A stretch of DNA of 49,120 bases from a virus: UHGV virus genome UHGV-1311884. One strand, given 5' to 3'. This document shows positions 27,331-34,831 of this stretch, in pieces. Both the position numbers and the translations under genes were made by a program. The notes below the pieces were generated by a model, which ran no database searches, was not told the origin of the DNA, and saw only the letters and a list, made by a program, of their open reading frames with translations. Position 1 is the stretch's first letter. Each line of letters opens with the position of its first letter.

Positions 27331-28247
27331 TCGAGTACCCCGTCGATCCAGTCGGTATTGTCCAGCGCACTGGCGCCTGATGTGGTTTTTGATGGGCCAG
27401 GGCTGCGCAGGCGCTTAGTTGTCAGTTGATCCCACTGCTTGCGTAGTTTTGAAGGGCTGAGAATGTTTTTTTGCCAGAAATCGTCTTCATTGGCCCACTT
27501 GAACAGTTCGCAGATTTCGTAATGGCTGCGTTTGTCCTGCATGCGCATCAGACGGATGGTATTTGCCCATTCAACCCAGTTCGGTTCTGAGAGTGAGGCA
27601 TTCACGGTGAGGGCTTTATCGAAAATCCATCGCGCGGCTTTGAGATCGTCAGCTGTTCCCCAGGATTTTCCCGCAGGGGTATAAATCCCATCGGCCGCTT
27701 CTGGATGACGAGAGAGAAACTTCAAAGTTTCCTCGTTTCGGGATTCTTTAGAATTCCGAGACGAAGAAGATCTTTTACTATTGTTCTTGTTCTTGTATTG
27801 GGTGTCTCCCGTTTCCGGGAAAGGTTTTCCCGTTTTCGGTAACACTTTTCCCGATTCCGGGAAGAGTTTTCCCGTTTTCGGTTTGTCTAAAATCCACTCA
27901 GATAGCTCAGTATTTATACCGACAATTTTCATCACTCCCTGCTTATGAGCGAAGATAATTTTCCGCTCCGCGAGAGATTTGATTGTGTCGGAAATATGCG
28001 ACTCTCCGAGGTCTGTCAGCTCAGCAATCACCGTGTTTGTTACTCGGTCCTGCTTCTTGTTCCATCCATAGGTAAGCCAGATTACAGCCTCAAGACACTG
28101 CCACTCACGACCAGACATCCGCAGACGCGGCTTGAGCTTCTGTATCTCGTTTGCGATCTTGGTATACCCGTTAGCCAGGTCGGCCATTTGACCTCCCGAA
28201 CGCTCGGTTTTAATCGGAAAATTGATAACTTCAGCGGTATTTGACAT
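27327..28247 (-). CDS. O: Replication initiator O-like protein, with the iteron-encoded repeat KTGKLFPESGKVLPKTGKPFPETG.
   Basis: Preferred start is MSNTAEVINFPIK at 28247, with GGAG as RBS. The N-terminal HTH and internal iterons are the lambda O architecture. Stop overlaps the P start. Confidence 0.7.
   Translation of the reverse strand: MSNTAEVINFPIKTERSGGQMADLANGYTKIANEIQKLKPRLRMSGREWQCLEAVIWLTYGWNKKQDRVTNTVIAELTDLGESHISDTIKSLAERKIIFAHKQGVMKIVGINTELSEWILDKPKTGKLFPESGKVLPKTGKPFPETGDTQYKNKNNSKRSSSSRNSKESRNEETLKFLSRHPEAADGIYTPAGKSWGTADDLKAARWIFDKALTVNASLSEPNWVEWANTIRLMRMQDKRSHYEICELFKWANEDDFWQKNILSPSKLRKQWDQLTTKRLRSPGPSKTTSGASALDNTDWIDGVLE
27796..27876. repeat. Origin iterons: four direct repeats of about 20 bp (TCCCGTTTCCGGG / TTCCCGTTTTCGG / TCCCGATTCCGGG / TTCCCGTTTTCGG) inside the O gene, followed by an AT-rich stretch. 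This is a putative lambda-type ori.
   Basis: Seen directly. Same arrangement as lambda ori inside O. Confidence 0.7.
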
Positions 28248-28324
28248 ACTCACTCCGTGAACTAAGAGCCCTTTTTTCACACCCCGAAGACCGGCTGTGT
28301 TCGAGCACAACGGTCTTCACCCTT

Positions 28325-28483
28325 TCAGAACAACCCAGCCTGATTGCTGCCCTTTCGCACGGTGCGCTTTGCTTCCCGGCGTTCAGCTGCGCTTGTCTGC
28401 TTCTCTGCCCATAACTTTGCGTGTCGCATAACATCGTCAAACATTCCCCCTTTTCGGCTTGCCTGTGACATCCGTTTGTACAT
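28325..28483 (-). CDS. Small ORF (52 aa) MYKRMSQASRKGGMFDDVMRHAKLWAEKQTSAAERREAKRTVRKGSNQAGLF. It is probably the C-terminal part of a gene split at the C9 tract.
   Basis: This is the frame that would be joined if the homopolymer had 10 C. It is more protein-like than the track ORF 28231..28488 (Cys/Arg/Ser-rich). Confidence 0.3.
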   Translation of the reverse strand: MYKRMSQASRKGGMFDDVMRHAKLWAEKQTSAAERREAKRTVRKGSNQAGLF

Positions 28484-28484
28484 A

Positions 28485-28586
28485 TCAACCGCCTGGTATG
28501 CCCCCCCCCTGAGCCACTGCCTGCGTGAATCCCTGGCGCATCAGCTCTTCGTGGACGTTCTTCTCAATGAATTCGATGTGGTTCAT
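28485..28586 (-). CDS. Small ORF (33 aa) MNHIEFIEKNVHEELMRQGFTQAVAQGGGIPGG, coupled to the cII-like stop (TGATG). It ends just after the C9/G9 homopolymer at 28501-28509.
   Basis: Read directly from the sequence. See the finding on the homopolymer. Confidence 0.3.
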   Translation of the reverse strand: MNHIEFIEKNVHEELMRQGFTQAVAQGGGIPGG

Positions 28587-28906
28587 CAATCCCACCCCAG
28601 CGGCCCCGGCCGGCAACGTTCTGCTCTTAGCCCAATATCTGCCAGCGTCTCTACTGACTGCAGATAGTGACGAGAAACCACTACTGCTTCAGGCGGGACT
28701 ACTTGCAGGCCCAACACTGAGAGCTCTTTTGCTATGTCAGCAAAATGCCCCTCCCCCTTTCTGCGACTGACTGTTGATTCACTGATACCCAATATCTCCG
28801 CGTAAGCCTTCTGTCCGATGGATGAAAGGCGGTTGAGTAAAACCCCCTCCAGCTCAATCGGGTTGAGGATTGGCGGTTCTAAGTTGCGGGCTATTGCGCT
28901 TTGCAT
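28586..28906 (-). CDS. cII: CII-like transcriptional activator (HTH).
   Basis: IELEGVLLNRLSSIGQKAYAEILGISESTVSRRK aligns with the lambda CII HTH (KTAEAVGVDKSQISRWKRD). Position is after cro, with RBS AGGAAAT. Confidence 0.55.
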   Translation of the reverse strand: MQSAIARNLEPPILNPIELEGVLLNRLSSIGQKAYAEILGISESTVSRRKGEGHFADIAKELSVLGLQVVPPEAVVVSRHYLQSVETLADIGLRAERCRPGPLGWD

Positions 28907-28924
28907 TTGTGATATTTCCTGTTG

Positions 28925-29158
28925 TTAAGCCGCGGAACATCGCGGACGTGAAAAAACAAGGCTCTCTTTGGATACGGGTTGGTAATGGCTAAACCCTTTG
29001 GTGGCCTCTTCTATTGCCTCTGCCTTCTCAGGCGATGCCCGACGGTTTCCATAGGCGATTTGATCCAGATAACCAACGGTTGTGTTTGCCAGTTTTGCCA
29101 ACTGAGCCCACTCGCCTGTGCTGGCATCTTTTCGCCAGCGTAAAAGTTCATTACTCAT
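28925..29158 (-). CDS. cro: Cro-like repressor (Cro/YdaS-type HTH).
   Basis: 77 aa; LAKLANTTVGYLDQIAYGNRRASPEKAEAI is the HTH. Divergent from cI across the operator region. Confidence 0.6.
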   Translation of the reverse strand: MSNELLRWRKDASTGEWAQLAKLANTTVGYLDQIAYGNRRASPEKAEAIEEATKGFSHYQPVSKESLVFSRPRCSAA

Positions 29159-29189
29159 GGGACCTCCCCGTGACTTATTTAAAATGGAG

Positions 29190-29262
29190 TTTAGCGCTAT
29201 GCTAAATACTAATCAAGAAAGATTTAGCAATTTGCATATTTATCATTCTGCTAAAAATGACA
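29190..29262. promoter_or_regulatory. OR-like operator/promoter region. A 17-bp site TTTAGCGCTATGCTAAA (29190-29206) plus two degenerate copies (TTTAGCAATTTGCATAT, ...CATTCTGCTAAAA) lie in an AT-rich stretch between cro and cI.
   Basis: Inverted-repeat arms TTTAGC / GCTAAA seen directly. The same arms recur in the OL region. Confidence 0.5.
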
Positions 29263-29273
29263 AAAATGAGCAG

Positions 29274-29951
29274 ATGGAAAGTAAAGAGATTAGAAAAGCG
29301 AATCTGGAGAACTTGATCGAACAGCAGCGTGTAGATGCAGGCCTGAACAAGGCTCAATTTGCAGAGCTTATCGATACAAGCCCAGCAGCGCTGAGTCAGC
29401 TGATAGGTGATAAACCTCATAGAAACATCGGCGATAAAATGGCTCGTAAAATTGAATCCGCACTCAATCTGCCTTTCGGCTGGATGGATACGTTGCATGC
29501 CAAAGAGAACCACACGAACGTAACATTCAGATCAGTAAATACCCCTCAGGGGAGCTACCCAGTGATCAGCTGGGTTAGTGCCGGACAGTGGATGGAAGCA
29601 GTGGAGCCTTATCACCGAAAAGCGATTGACCGCTGGTATGACACAACCGTCGAATGCTCTGACGATTCTTTCTGGTTAGATGTCCACGGCGATTCTATGA
29701 CATCTCCTGTCGGCCTTAGCATTCCTGAAGGTGCAGCTATCCTGGTTGATCCTGAAGTAGAGCCTATTAATGGGAAATTGGTTGTGGCCAAGTTGGAAGG
29801 CGATAATGAAGCCACTTTCAAAAAGTTAGTAATTGATGCTGGAAGGCGCTTCCTGAAGCCCTTAAACCCACAGTATCCGATGATTGAAATTAACGGAAAC
29901 TGTAGGATTGTAGGGGTTGTAGTCGATGCTAAGATATTGAATATTCCATGA
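29274..29951 (+). CDS. cI: CI prophage repressor (N-terminal HTH plus C-terminal S24 LexA-like peptidase domain).
   Basis: HTH is LNKAQFAELIDTSPAALSQLIGDK. The S24 motifs are WLDVHGDSMTSP (Ser) and GKLVVAKLEGDNEATFKKL (Lys). Preferred start is MESKEIRK at 29274, because 29199-29273 is about 27 percent GC and holds operator-like sites. The alternative start at 29199 would suit a leaderless PRM-type mRNA. Confidence 0.75.
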   Translation: MESKEIRKANLENLIEQQRVDAGLNKAQFAELIDTSPAALSQLIGDKPHRNIGDKMARKIESALNLPFGWMDTLHAKENHTNVTFRSVNTPQGSYPVISWVSAGQWMEAVEPYHRKAIDRWYDTTVECSDDSFWLDVHGDSMTSPVGLSIPEGAAILVDPEVEPINGKLVVAKLEGDNEATFKKLVIDAGRRFLKPLNPQYPMIEINGNCRIVGVVVDAKILNIP

Positions 29952-29968
29952 TAATACCCATTTAACAA

Positions 29969-29990
29969 ACCCGCTCCGGCGGGTTTTTTT
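29969..29990 (+). terminator. Rho-independent terminator after cI.
   Basis: ACCCGC-TCCG-GCGGGT followed by TTTTTTT. Confidence 0.7.
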
Positions 29991-30048
29991 ATGCCTAAAA
30001 ACTCCCCAATACACTTCATCCAAAAATTAAACCCTAAGTAAATCAAAA

Positions 30049-30113
30049 CGCTAAATACCACATAGCGATAATTTAGCATTTTGCTATTGCCATTTATTTA
30101 GCATCGCGCTAAA
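30049..30113. promoter_or_regulatory. OL-like operator cluster: TTTAGCATTTTGCTATT (30072-30088), TTTAGCATCGCGCTAAA (30097-30113) and a GCTAAAT...ATTTAGC half-site pair. This is the putative pL region driving the plus-strand early-left operon.
   Basis: Same TTTAGC-N5-GCTAAA arms as at OR. Seen directly. Confidence 0.5.
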
Positions 30114-30194
30114 TTTACTCCATCCAAACAACAACGTTGGCGCCGGTAATAGGTAACAACGCTCCGTTAGCCGCGATAAGGCAAAGGTGAAGAG

Positions 30195-30302
30195 ATGATC
30201 CGCGAAGAAGACAAGCCTGCATGGCGTAATTTTTGGTTAAAGGTCGTTCCGTTTTTGGTTGCTGTCCTTTTTTTTAGCTTCGCATGCTGGGGTGGAAAAT
30301 GA
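30195..30302 (+). CDS. 35-aa membrane micropeptide MIREEDKPAWRNFWLKVVPFLVAVLFFSFACWGGK.
   Basis: SD AAAGGTGAAGAG is present. The stop overlaps the next ATG (AATGA). Not in the track (shorter than 60 aa). Confidence 0.35.
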   Translation: MIREEDKPAWRNFWLKVVPFLVAVLFFSFACWGGK

Positions 30303-30409
30303 GCAAACAAGGCATTCGTTCACTGATTTACTGCCTGCTGATCTGCGGCGTTATCTGGACAGCGGTGGTTATCAACATTATGCATTTTGCGGGGGTGTTC
30401 AATGGCTAA
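30299..30409 (+). CDS. 36-aa membrane micropeptide MSKQGIRSLIYCLLICGVIWTAVVINIMHFAGVFNG.
   Basis: Coupled to the preceding micropeptide. One TM helix. Confidence 0.35.
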   Translation: MSKQGIRSLIYCLLICGVIWTAVVINIMHFAGVFNG

Positions 30410-30596
30410 AGCAATTCCTAACAACGGACGCGCCGTGATGATGCGCAATCGCCGCACCGGCGCCGCCTGGCTTGTTAGCTTCGACTATCGCGATGGCAGC
30501 TACTGGCATGAGCCGCAGGGCAATTTGCGCCACATTCGCAGGCCGTACGCATCACGCAGCATTGAGCCAAACCTGGTTCCAGCCGGGACGCATTAA
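30402..30596 (+). CDS. Small Arg-rich protein (64 aa). This is a possible N-like RNA-binding protein, but that is unsupported.
   Basis: MAKAIPNNGRAVMMRNRRTGAAW... is the first sizeable gene after the pL/OL region. Confidence 0.25.
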   Translation: MAKAIPNNGRAVMMRNRRTGAAWLVSFDYRDGSYWHEPQGNLRHIRRPYASRSIEPNLVPAGTH

Positions 30597-30684
30597 CCCG
30601 CGCATATCAGCGCACGAATTTAACTGAGCTATCAGGCAGCCATTACGGTGCCGGGCGTTTCACAACCAAATTTCAGGGGAAGTC

Positions 30685-31470
30685 ATGAGCGAAATAATGG
30701 ATTTAGTCGTCATCGAGAAAAAGAACGCGATGGCGGTTTTCACCAATAACGACCAGCTCGACCCGCTTATCGAAGCGATCGAAAAAGAGGCTCGCAGCCT
30801 GGTTCCGGACGTGACCACCAAAAAAGGCCGTGACGCTATCGCTTCAATGGCTCACAAGGTTGCGCGCTCCAAAACCTACATCGACAACGCAGGTAAAGAC
30901 CTGGTCGCTGAGCTGAAGGCTCTGCCAAAGCAGATTGACGAAAGCCGCCGCGTTGTCCGTGAACGTCTCGATGCGCTGAAAGATGAAGTGCGCCGGCCGC
31001 TGACTGAATGGGAAGCCGAGCAGGAACGCATTAAGGCCGAAGAAGCCATGAACGCACTGCATGACGAAGCGCTGGCCATGAATGAAGAGTTCGATCGGCA
31101 GCTGGCTGCTCGGATTGAGTCTGACCACGAAATGGCTCTGCTGATGAATGACGCTTTCGATCGTGAGCAGGCAGATAAAGCGGCTGAGGCTGAGCGCCAG
31201 CGCATTGCCCATGAAGAAGAAATTAAGCGACTGGCAGCAGCTGCAGCAGCCCGCGAAGTTGAGCAGCGCGAACAGGCCCGTCTGGCTGAGGAGAAACGCA
31301 AAGCCGATGAGCAGGCGCGACGCGAAGCCGACGTTAAGCACCGCAAGGCTGTAGGCACTGAAATCGTCAAAGCTCTTCTGGCCAATACCAGCCTTACTCG
31401 GGATCAGTCTATCGAGGTGCTTACAGCGGTTAAAGACGGCCGCATTCCCCATACCGGCATCAGTTACTGA
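30685..31470 (+). CDS. Coiled-coil early protein (261 aa; Ala/Glu/Arg-rich central region).
   Basis: ORF track. The long minus-strand ORFs 30844..31596 and 30876..31385 are antisense artefacts of this low-complexity gene. Confidence 0.5.
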   Translation: MSEIMDLVVIEKKNAMAVFTNNDQLDPLIEAIEKEARSLVPDVTTKKGRDAIASMAHKVARSKTYIDNAGKDLVAELKALPKQIDESRRVVRERLDALKDEVRRPLTEWEAEQERIKAEEAMNALHDEALAMNEEFDRQLAARIESDHEMALLMNDAFDREQADKAAEAERQRIAHEEEIKRLAAAAAAREVEQREQARLAEEKRKADEQARREADVKHRKAVGTEIVKALLANTSLTRDQSIEVLTAVKDGRIPHTGISY

Positions 31471-31471
31471 G

Positions 31472-31675
31472 GTGCTTATGAACATCAAATGTGAATGCAC
31501 AGACATGCGCACATCTGTAGGCCCGCATAACACGTTAACCGTCGAGCTGGAAGACGTGGTGTTGTCGGGGACGGTTAACAGTCGTGAAGTCCTCATGCAA
31601 CTGGATTGGGACGTGGTGATCGAATGTCTGGTGGAGCATGGCTACGTCATTACTCATCGGGAGGTAGCAGCATGA
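31472..31675 (+). CDS. Hypothetical protein (67 aa).
   Basis: Coupled ORF. Confidence 0.35.
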   Translation: MLMNIKCECTDMRTSVGPHNTLTVELEDVVLSGTVNSREVLMQLDWDVVIECLVEHGYVITHREVAA

Positions 31676-31830
31676 GCGCGGCGGAAAAATGGGATGACGA
31701 CGAATTCATTCAGCTGATGAGTGATGCGATCGGCGAACGTGATTTCGACGATGACGAACCAGTAAACCTTTCTGCGGAACGGCAGAACCCGGTGATCAAC
31801 TGGGATGAATTCGCGGGGAATTTTCAATGA
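31672..31830 (+). CDS. Small acidic protein (52 aa; MSAAEKWDDDEFIQ...).
   Basis: ATG at 31672 overlaps the previous stop. Confidence 0.3.
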   Translation: MSAAEKWDDDEFIQLMSDAIGERDFDDDEPVNLSAERQNPVINWDEFAGNFQ

Positions 31831-32609
31831 ATCTTGAGCTACTTGACGCCCCATTCCCCCATAAGGATATCGAGTGGCGTATTCAGCAGGCAGGTAAAAG
31901 CGGATCGTCAATTTGGGCAAAGGTCCTGGCCTATGTCACAAACCGGGCAATCATGAAGCGCCTTGATGAGGTTTGCGGAAAGGCCGGCTGGCGTAATGAG
32001 TACCGCGATATCCCAAACAATGGCGGCGTCGAATGCGGAATTTCCATAAAGGTCGATGGGGAGTGGATCACCAAGTGGGATGCATCTGAAAACACGCAGG
32101 TTGAAGCTGTAAAAGGCGGACGCTCAAGCGCTATGAAGCGCGCTGCTGTTCAGTGGGGAATAGGCCGGTATCTCTACGATCTGGACGTAGGCTTCGCAAC
32201 CATATCAGGCGAAAAAGCAGAAGGTTTTACTTACGCACGTACTAAAGAGTTAGGCGCTTTTTACTGGAAGCCGCCTTCCCTGCCTGCATGGGCTCTTCCA
32301 TCGACGGTTTCAAGCAATGGCCAGTGTAAGCCAGCGGCAGAAACTAACAGCGAACAGCTGCAACCAGTAAAGCCGTCGATAACCATGGAGGAAGCTGACG
32401 ATATTCTCGCGGAGTTCTGCCGGGAAATTGAGAGTGAAAACAATCCGGAAGTCATAACTCAAAAATACAGCGAAGCATGGTTCGCTCTGGACGGATTTTC
32501 CGAACATCAAAGCAAATGCCATGAGGTAACTGGCATCCGGCGCAGGGAAATAAAGCAGGCGTTAGGAAGCACTGAAAATGCAGGTGGCTGCCATGAAAGT
32601 AACAGCTGA
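31827..32609 (+). CDS. Putative single-strand annealing protein, Rad52/Rad22-like.
   Basis: RSSAMKRAAVQWGIGRYLYD resembles the conserved Rad52-family stretch ([21 protein letters not shown]). It sits where the recombination module of lambdoid early-left operons lies. This is a memory-based call. Confidence 0.45.
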   Translation: MNLELLDAPFPHKDIEWRIQQAGKSGSSIWAKVLAYVTNRAIMKRLDEVCGKAGWRNEYRDIPNNGGVECGISIKVDGEWITKWDASENTQVEAVKGGRSSAMKRAAVQWGIGRYLYDLDVGFATISGEKAEGFTYARTKELGAFYWKPPSLPAWALPSTVSSNGQCKPAAETNSEQLQPVKPSITMEEADDILAEFCREIESENNPEVITQKYSEAWFALDGFSEHQSKCHEVTGIRRREIKQALGSTENAGGCHESNS

Positions 32610-32883
32610 ATCAATCCTGTCCATCCTGCGCAAGGACGCGCGTAACAACATCACAGCGTTTCACCGCTGGCAGACAGCAAGGGGTGCTCTCGGTCATACA
32701 GCTGGAATCACTCTCAACTATCACGATCCTTATTACGAAGGATGGGCTCCAGCTCTTGAAATGCGCGAGGTATTCATTTCAGCGCCTGAACTTGAGCAGG
32801 TAATCCCCTACCTCTCTGTAGAGAAATGGGGTGACGGGCTAATTGGTGGGGAAATTTATCGAATCCCTCGGGAGGAAAAATGA
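32593..32883 (+). CDS. Hypothetical protein. Start is probably MKVTAESILS.
   Basis: ORF track only. Confidence 0.35.
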   Translation: MKVTAESILSILRKDARNNITAFHRWQTARGALGHTAGITLNYHDPYYEGWAPALEMREVFISAPELEQVIPYLSVEKWGDGLIGGEIYRIPREEK

Positions 32884-33038
32884 AACATCACCACGACGGT
32901 ATCACCGTTGGAAGTATCACTCTTCCCTATTCCATCAATCGCCGGGGATGGATCGCCCCAAGCGGCGACGTTATCAAAAACCCATTAAAGGCTCAGCGCC
33001 TGGCTGAGCTGATGAACAGTAAGAAGGTGGTGGCATGA
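32880..33038 (+). CDS. Small hypothetical protein (52 aa; MKHHHDGITVGS...).
   Basis: Coupled ORF that fills the gap before the methyltransferase gene. Confidence 0.25.
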   Translation: MKHHHDGITVGSITLPYSINRRGWIAPSGDVIKNPLKAQRLAELMNSKKVVA

Positions 33039-34831
33039 GCGGAATTACCCCCCTGATTTACGGATCTATTTGCAGCGGCATTGAAGCCGCGACCGTCGCC
33101 TGGGAGCCTCTCGGATGGAAGGCGGCATGGTTCTCTGAAATTGAAGCGTTCCCGTCTGCGGTACTGGCTGAACGCTGGCCCGAAGTCGTTAACCTCGGCG
33201 ACATGACAAAAATCGCTGCTGCGGTTCGCGCTGGAAAGGTGCAGGCGCCGGATGTGATGGTCGGCGGCACACCTTGCCAGGCGTTCAGCATTGCCGGTCT
33301 GCGTAATGGCCTTGCAGATGCCCGCGGTCAATTAACCCTTTCATATGTGGAATTAGCCAATGCAATCGACGACAAGCGCATCGAGCGCGGAGAAGAAGAA
33401 GCAATCTTCGTCTGGGAAAACGTCCCCGGCGTACTCACAAGCCACGACAACGCTTTTGGTTGCTTTCTGGCAGGACTTGCCGGAGAAAGCTGTGAACTTG
33501 AGGCATCAGGGGGAAAATGGACGCACTCTGGTTGTGTGTATGGACCCCAAAGGTCAATCGCTTGGATCGTCAAGGACGCCCAATATTTCGGAGTGGCCCA
33601 ACGACGCAAGCGTGTGTTCGTTGTCGCAAGTGCTAGAAAAGGATTCGATCCCGGCCAAGTACTTTTTGAGTCCGAAGGCGTGCGCCGGGATACTCCGCCG
33701 AGCAGAGAACCGAAATCGGCAGTTGCCGCCCTTACTGCGCGAGGCGTTGGAACGTGTGGCGCAGACGACAACCAGGCACAAGCAGGACACATCATCGCCG
33801 AGTGCGCCAACGGAGACATCAGTCACACGCTGAAAGCAGAAGGATTTAATGGAAGCGAAGACGGTACCGGGCGAGGAATTCCAGTAATTGCCTTTGGTGG
33901 AGGAAATACCAGCGGAAACATCGATATAGCCGCCTGCCTGACAGCCAGGGGCCAGCGTATTGATTTCGATGTTGAAACCTTTGCAGTGCATGGCACGCAG
34001 GATCCGGATACCAACCGCGAATTAGCTCACACGCTGGGCCGCAATCATGGCCAGGAAAACGCCATATCCAACGGCATGCTGGTCCGCCGCCTTACTCCAG
34101 TCGAGTGCGAGCGCCTGCAGGGCTTCCCTGACAACCACACACTGATCTCATGGCGCGGGAAAGAAGCGACTGAATGCCCGGATGGCCCACGCTATCGCGC
34201 TATAGGCAACAGCATGGCGGTACCGGTGATGCGCTGGATCGGCGAACGTATCGCAGCAGCTCTGCCAGCTAAAAAATCTGCAGGTGATTATGGTGGAAGC
34301 AATACACCGGTTGAGCAGAGAAACCTGTGGCAAACGCCGATACCTCTGTTCGTCGCTCTGGATGCTGAGTTTTGCCTGACACTGGACGCGGCAGCCTCAG
34401 CTGATAACGCGCTGTGCAACCGCTATATCACGGAAGAGCAGAACACGCTTGAAACGCCATGGGCTGATTACCTGAGCATTCCCGGATACGTCTGGCTGAA
34501 CCCGCCATACAGTGACATAGGCCCGTTTGTTCAGAAGGCGGCGGCTGAATCTAAAAATCAGATCGGCACGGTGATGCTTGTCCCTGCTGATACTTCCGTT
34601 GGCTGGTTCCGTGAGGCTATTGAGACGGCCAGCGAGGTACGCTTCATCGTCGGCGGCCGCCTGGCATTTATCAACCCGGTATCTGGTAAGCCGGTAAGCG
34701 GTAACAACAAAGGCTCAATGCTGATTATCTGGCATCCCTACCCGCGCACTCACTGCCAGTTCACCACCGTTGAGCGCGATGCTCTGCTGAGTTTCGGTTC
34801 CCGATTGATAGCTAAGCGGGAGGCAGCATGA
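33035..34831 (+). CDS. Bifunctional DNA methyltransferase: an N-terminal C5-cytosine MTase (Dcm-type) fused to a C-terminal phage N6-adenine MTase domain.
   Basis: C5 motifs: I YGSICSGIEAA, IV GGTPCQAFSIAG, VI ENVPG, and the C-terminal RLTPVECERLQGFPDNHT...GNSMAVPV. The C-terminal roughly 170 aa carry the phage N6A-MTase signature WQTP..LF..LD.EF...LDAAAS..N...N.Y......L...W.....YVWLNPPYS...FV.KA.....G.VMLVPADTS..WF... Confidence 0.8.
   Translation: MSGITPLIYGSICSGIEAATVAWEPLGWKAAWFSEIEAFPSAVLAERWPEVVNLGDMTKIAAAVRAGKVQAPDVMVGGTPCQAFSIAGLRNGLADARGQLTLSYVELANAIDDKRIERGEEEAIFVWENVPGVLTSHDNAFGCFLAGLAGESCELEASGGKWTHSGCVYGPQRSIAWIVKDAQYFGVAQRRKRVFVVASARKGFDPGQVLFESEGVRRDTPPSREPKSAVAALTARGVGTCGADDNQAQAGHIIAECANGDISHTLKAEGFNGSEDGTGRGIPVIAFGGGNTSGNIDIAACLTARGQRIDFDVETFAVHGTQDPDTNRELAHTLGRNHGQENAISNGMLVRRLTPVECERLQGFPDNHTLISWRGKEATECPDGPRYRAIGNSMAVPVMRWIGERIAAALPAKKSAGDYGGSNTPVEQRNLWQTPIPLFVALDAEFCLTLDAAASADNALCNRYITEEQNTLETPWADYLSIPGYVWLNPPYSDIGPFVQKAAAESKNQIGTVMLVPADTSVGWFREAIETASEVRFIVGGRLAFINPVSGKPVSGNNKGSMLIIWHPYPRTHCQFTTVERDALLSFGSRLIAKREAA

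Noticed and set aside
27796-27876. Possible CRISPR-like short repeats.
   Set aside because: There are four repeats with no unique spacers, located inside the O coding sequence. This is the classic lambda-type iterons/ori, not a CRISPR array. No CRISPR arrays or cas genes were seen anywhere in the window.
28231-28488. Track ORF MICTNGCHRQAEKGECLT... (85 aa) between cII and O.
   Set aside because: It has a TTG start and Cys/Arg/Ser-rich non-protein-like composition. The neighbouring frame, joined across the C9 tract, gives a far more plausible protein, so this frame is treated as noise.
30844-31596. Two long minus-strand ORFs (250 and 169 aa; Ser/Ala/Arg-rich) in the early-left region.
   Set aside because: They are antisense to the plus-strand coiled-coil gene 30685..31470, whose GCN-rich codon periodicity produces open antisense frames. 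No operon logic supports them.
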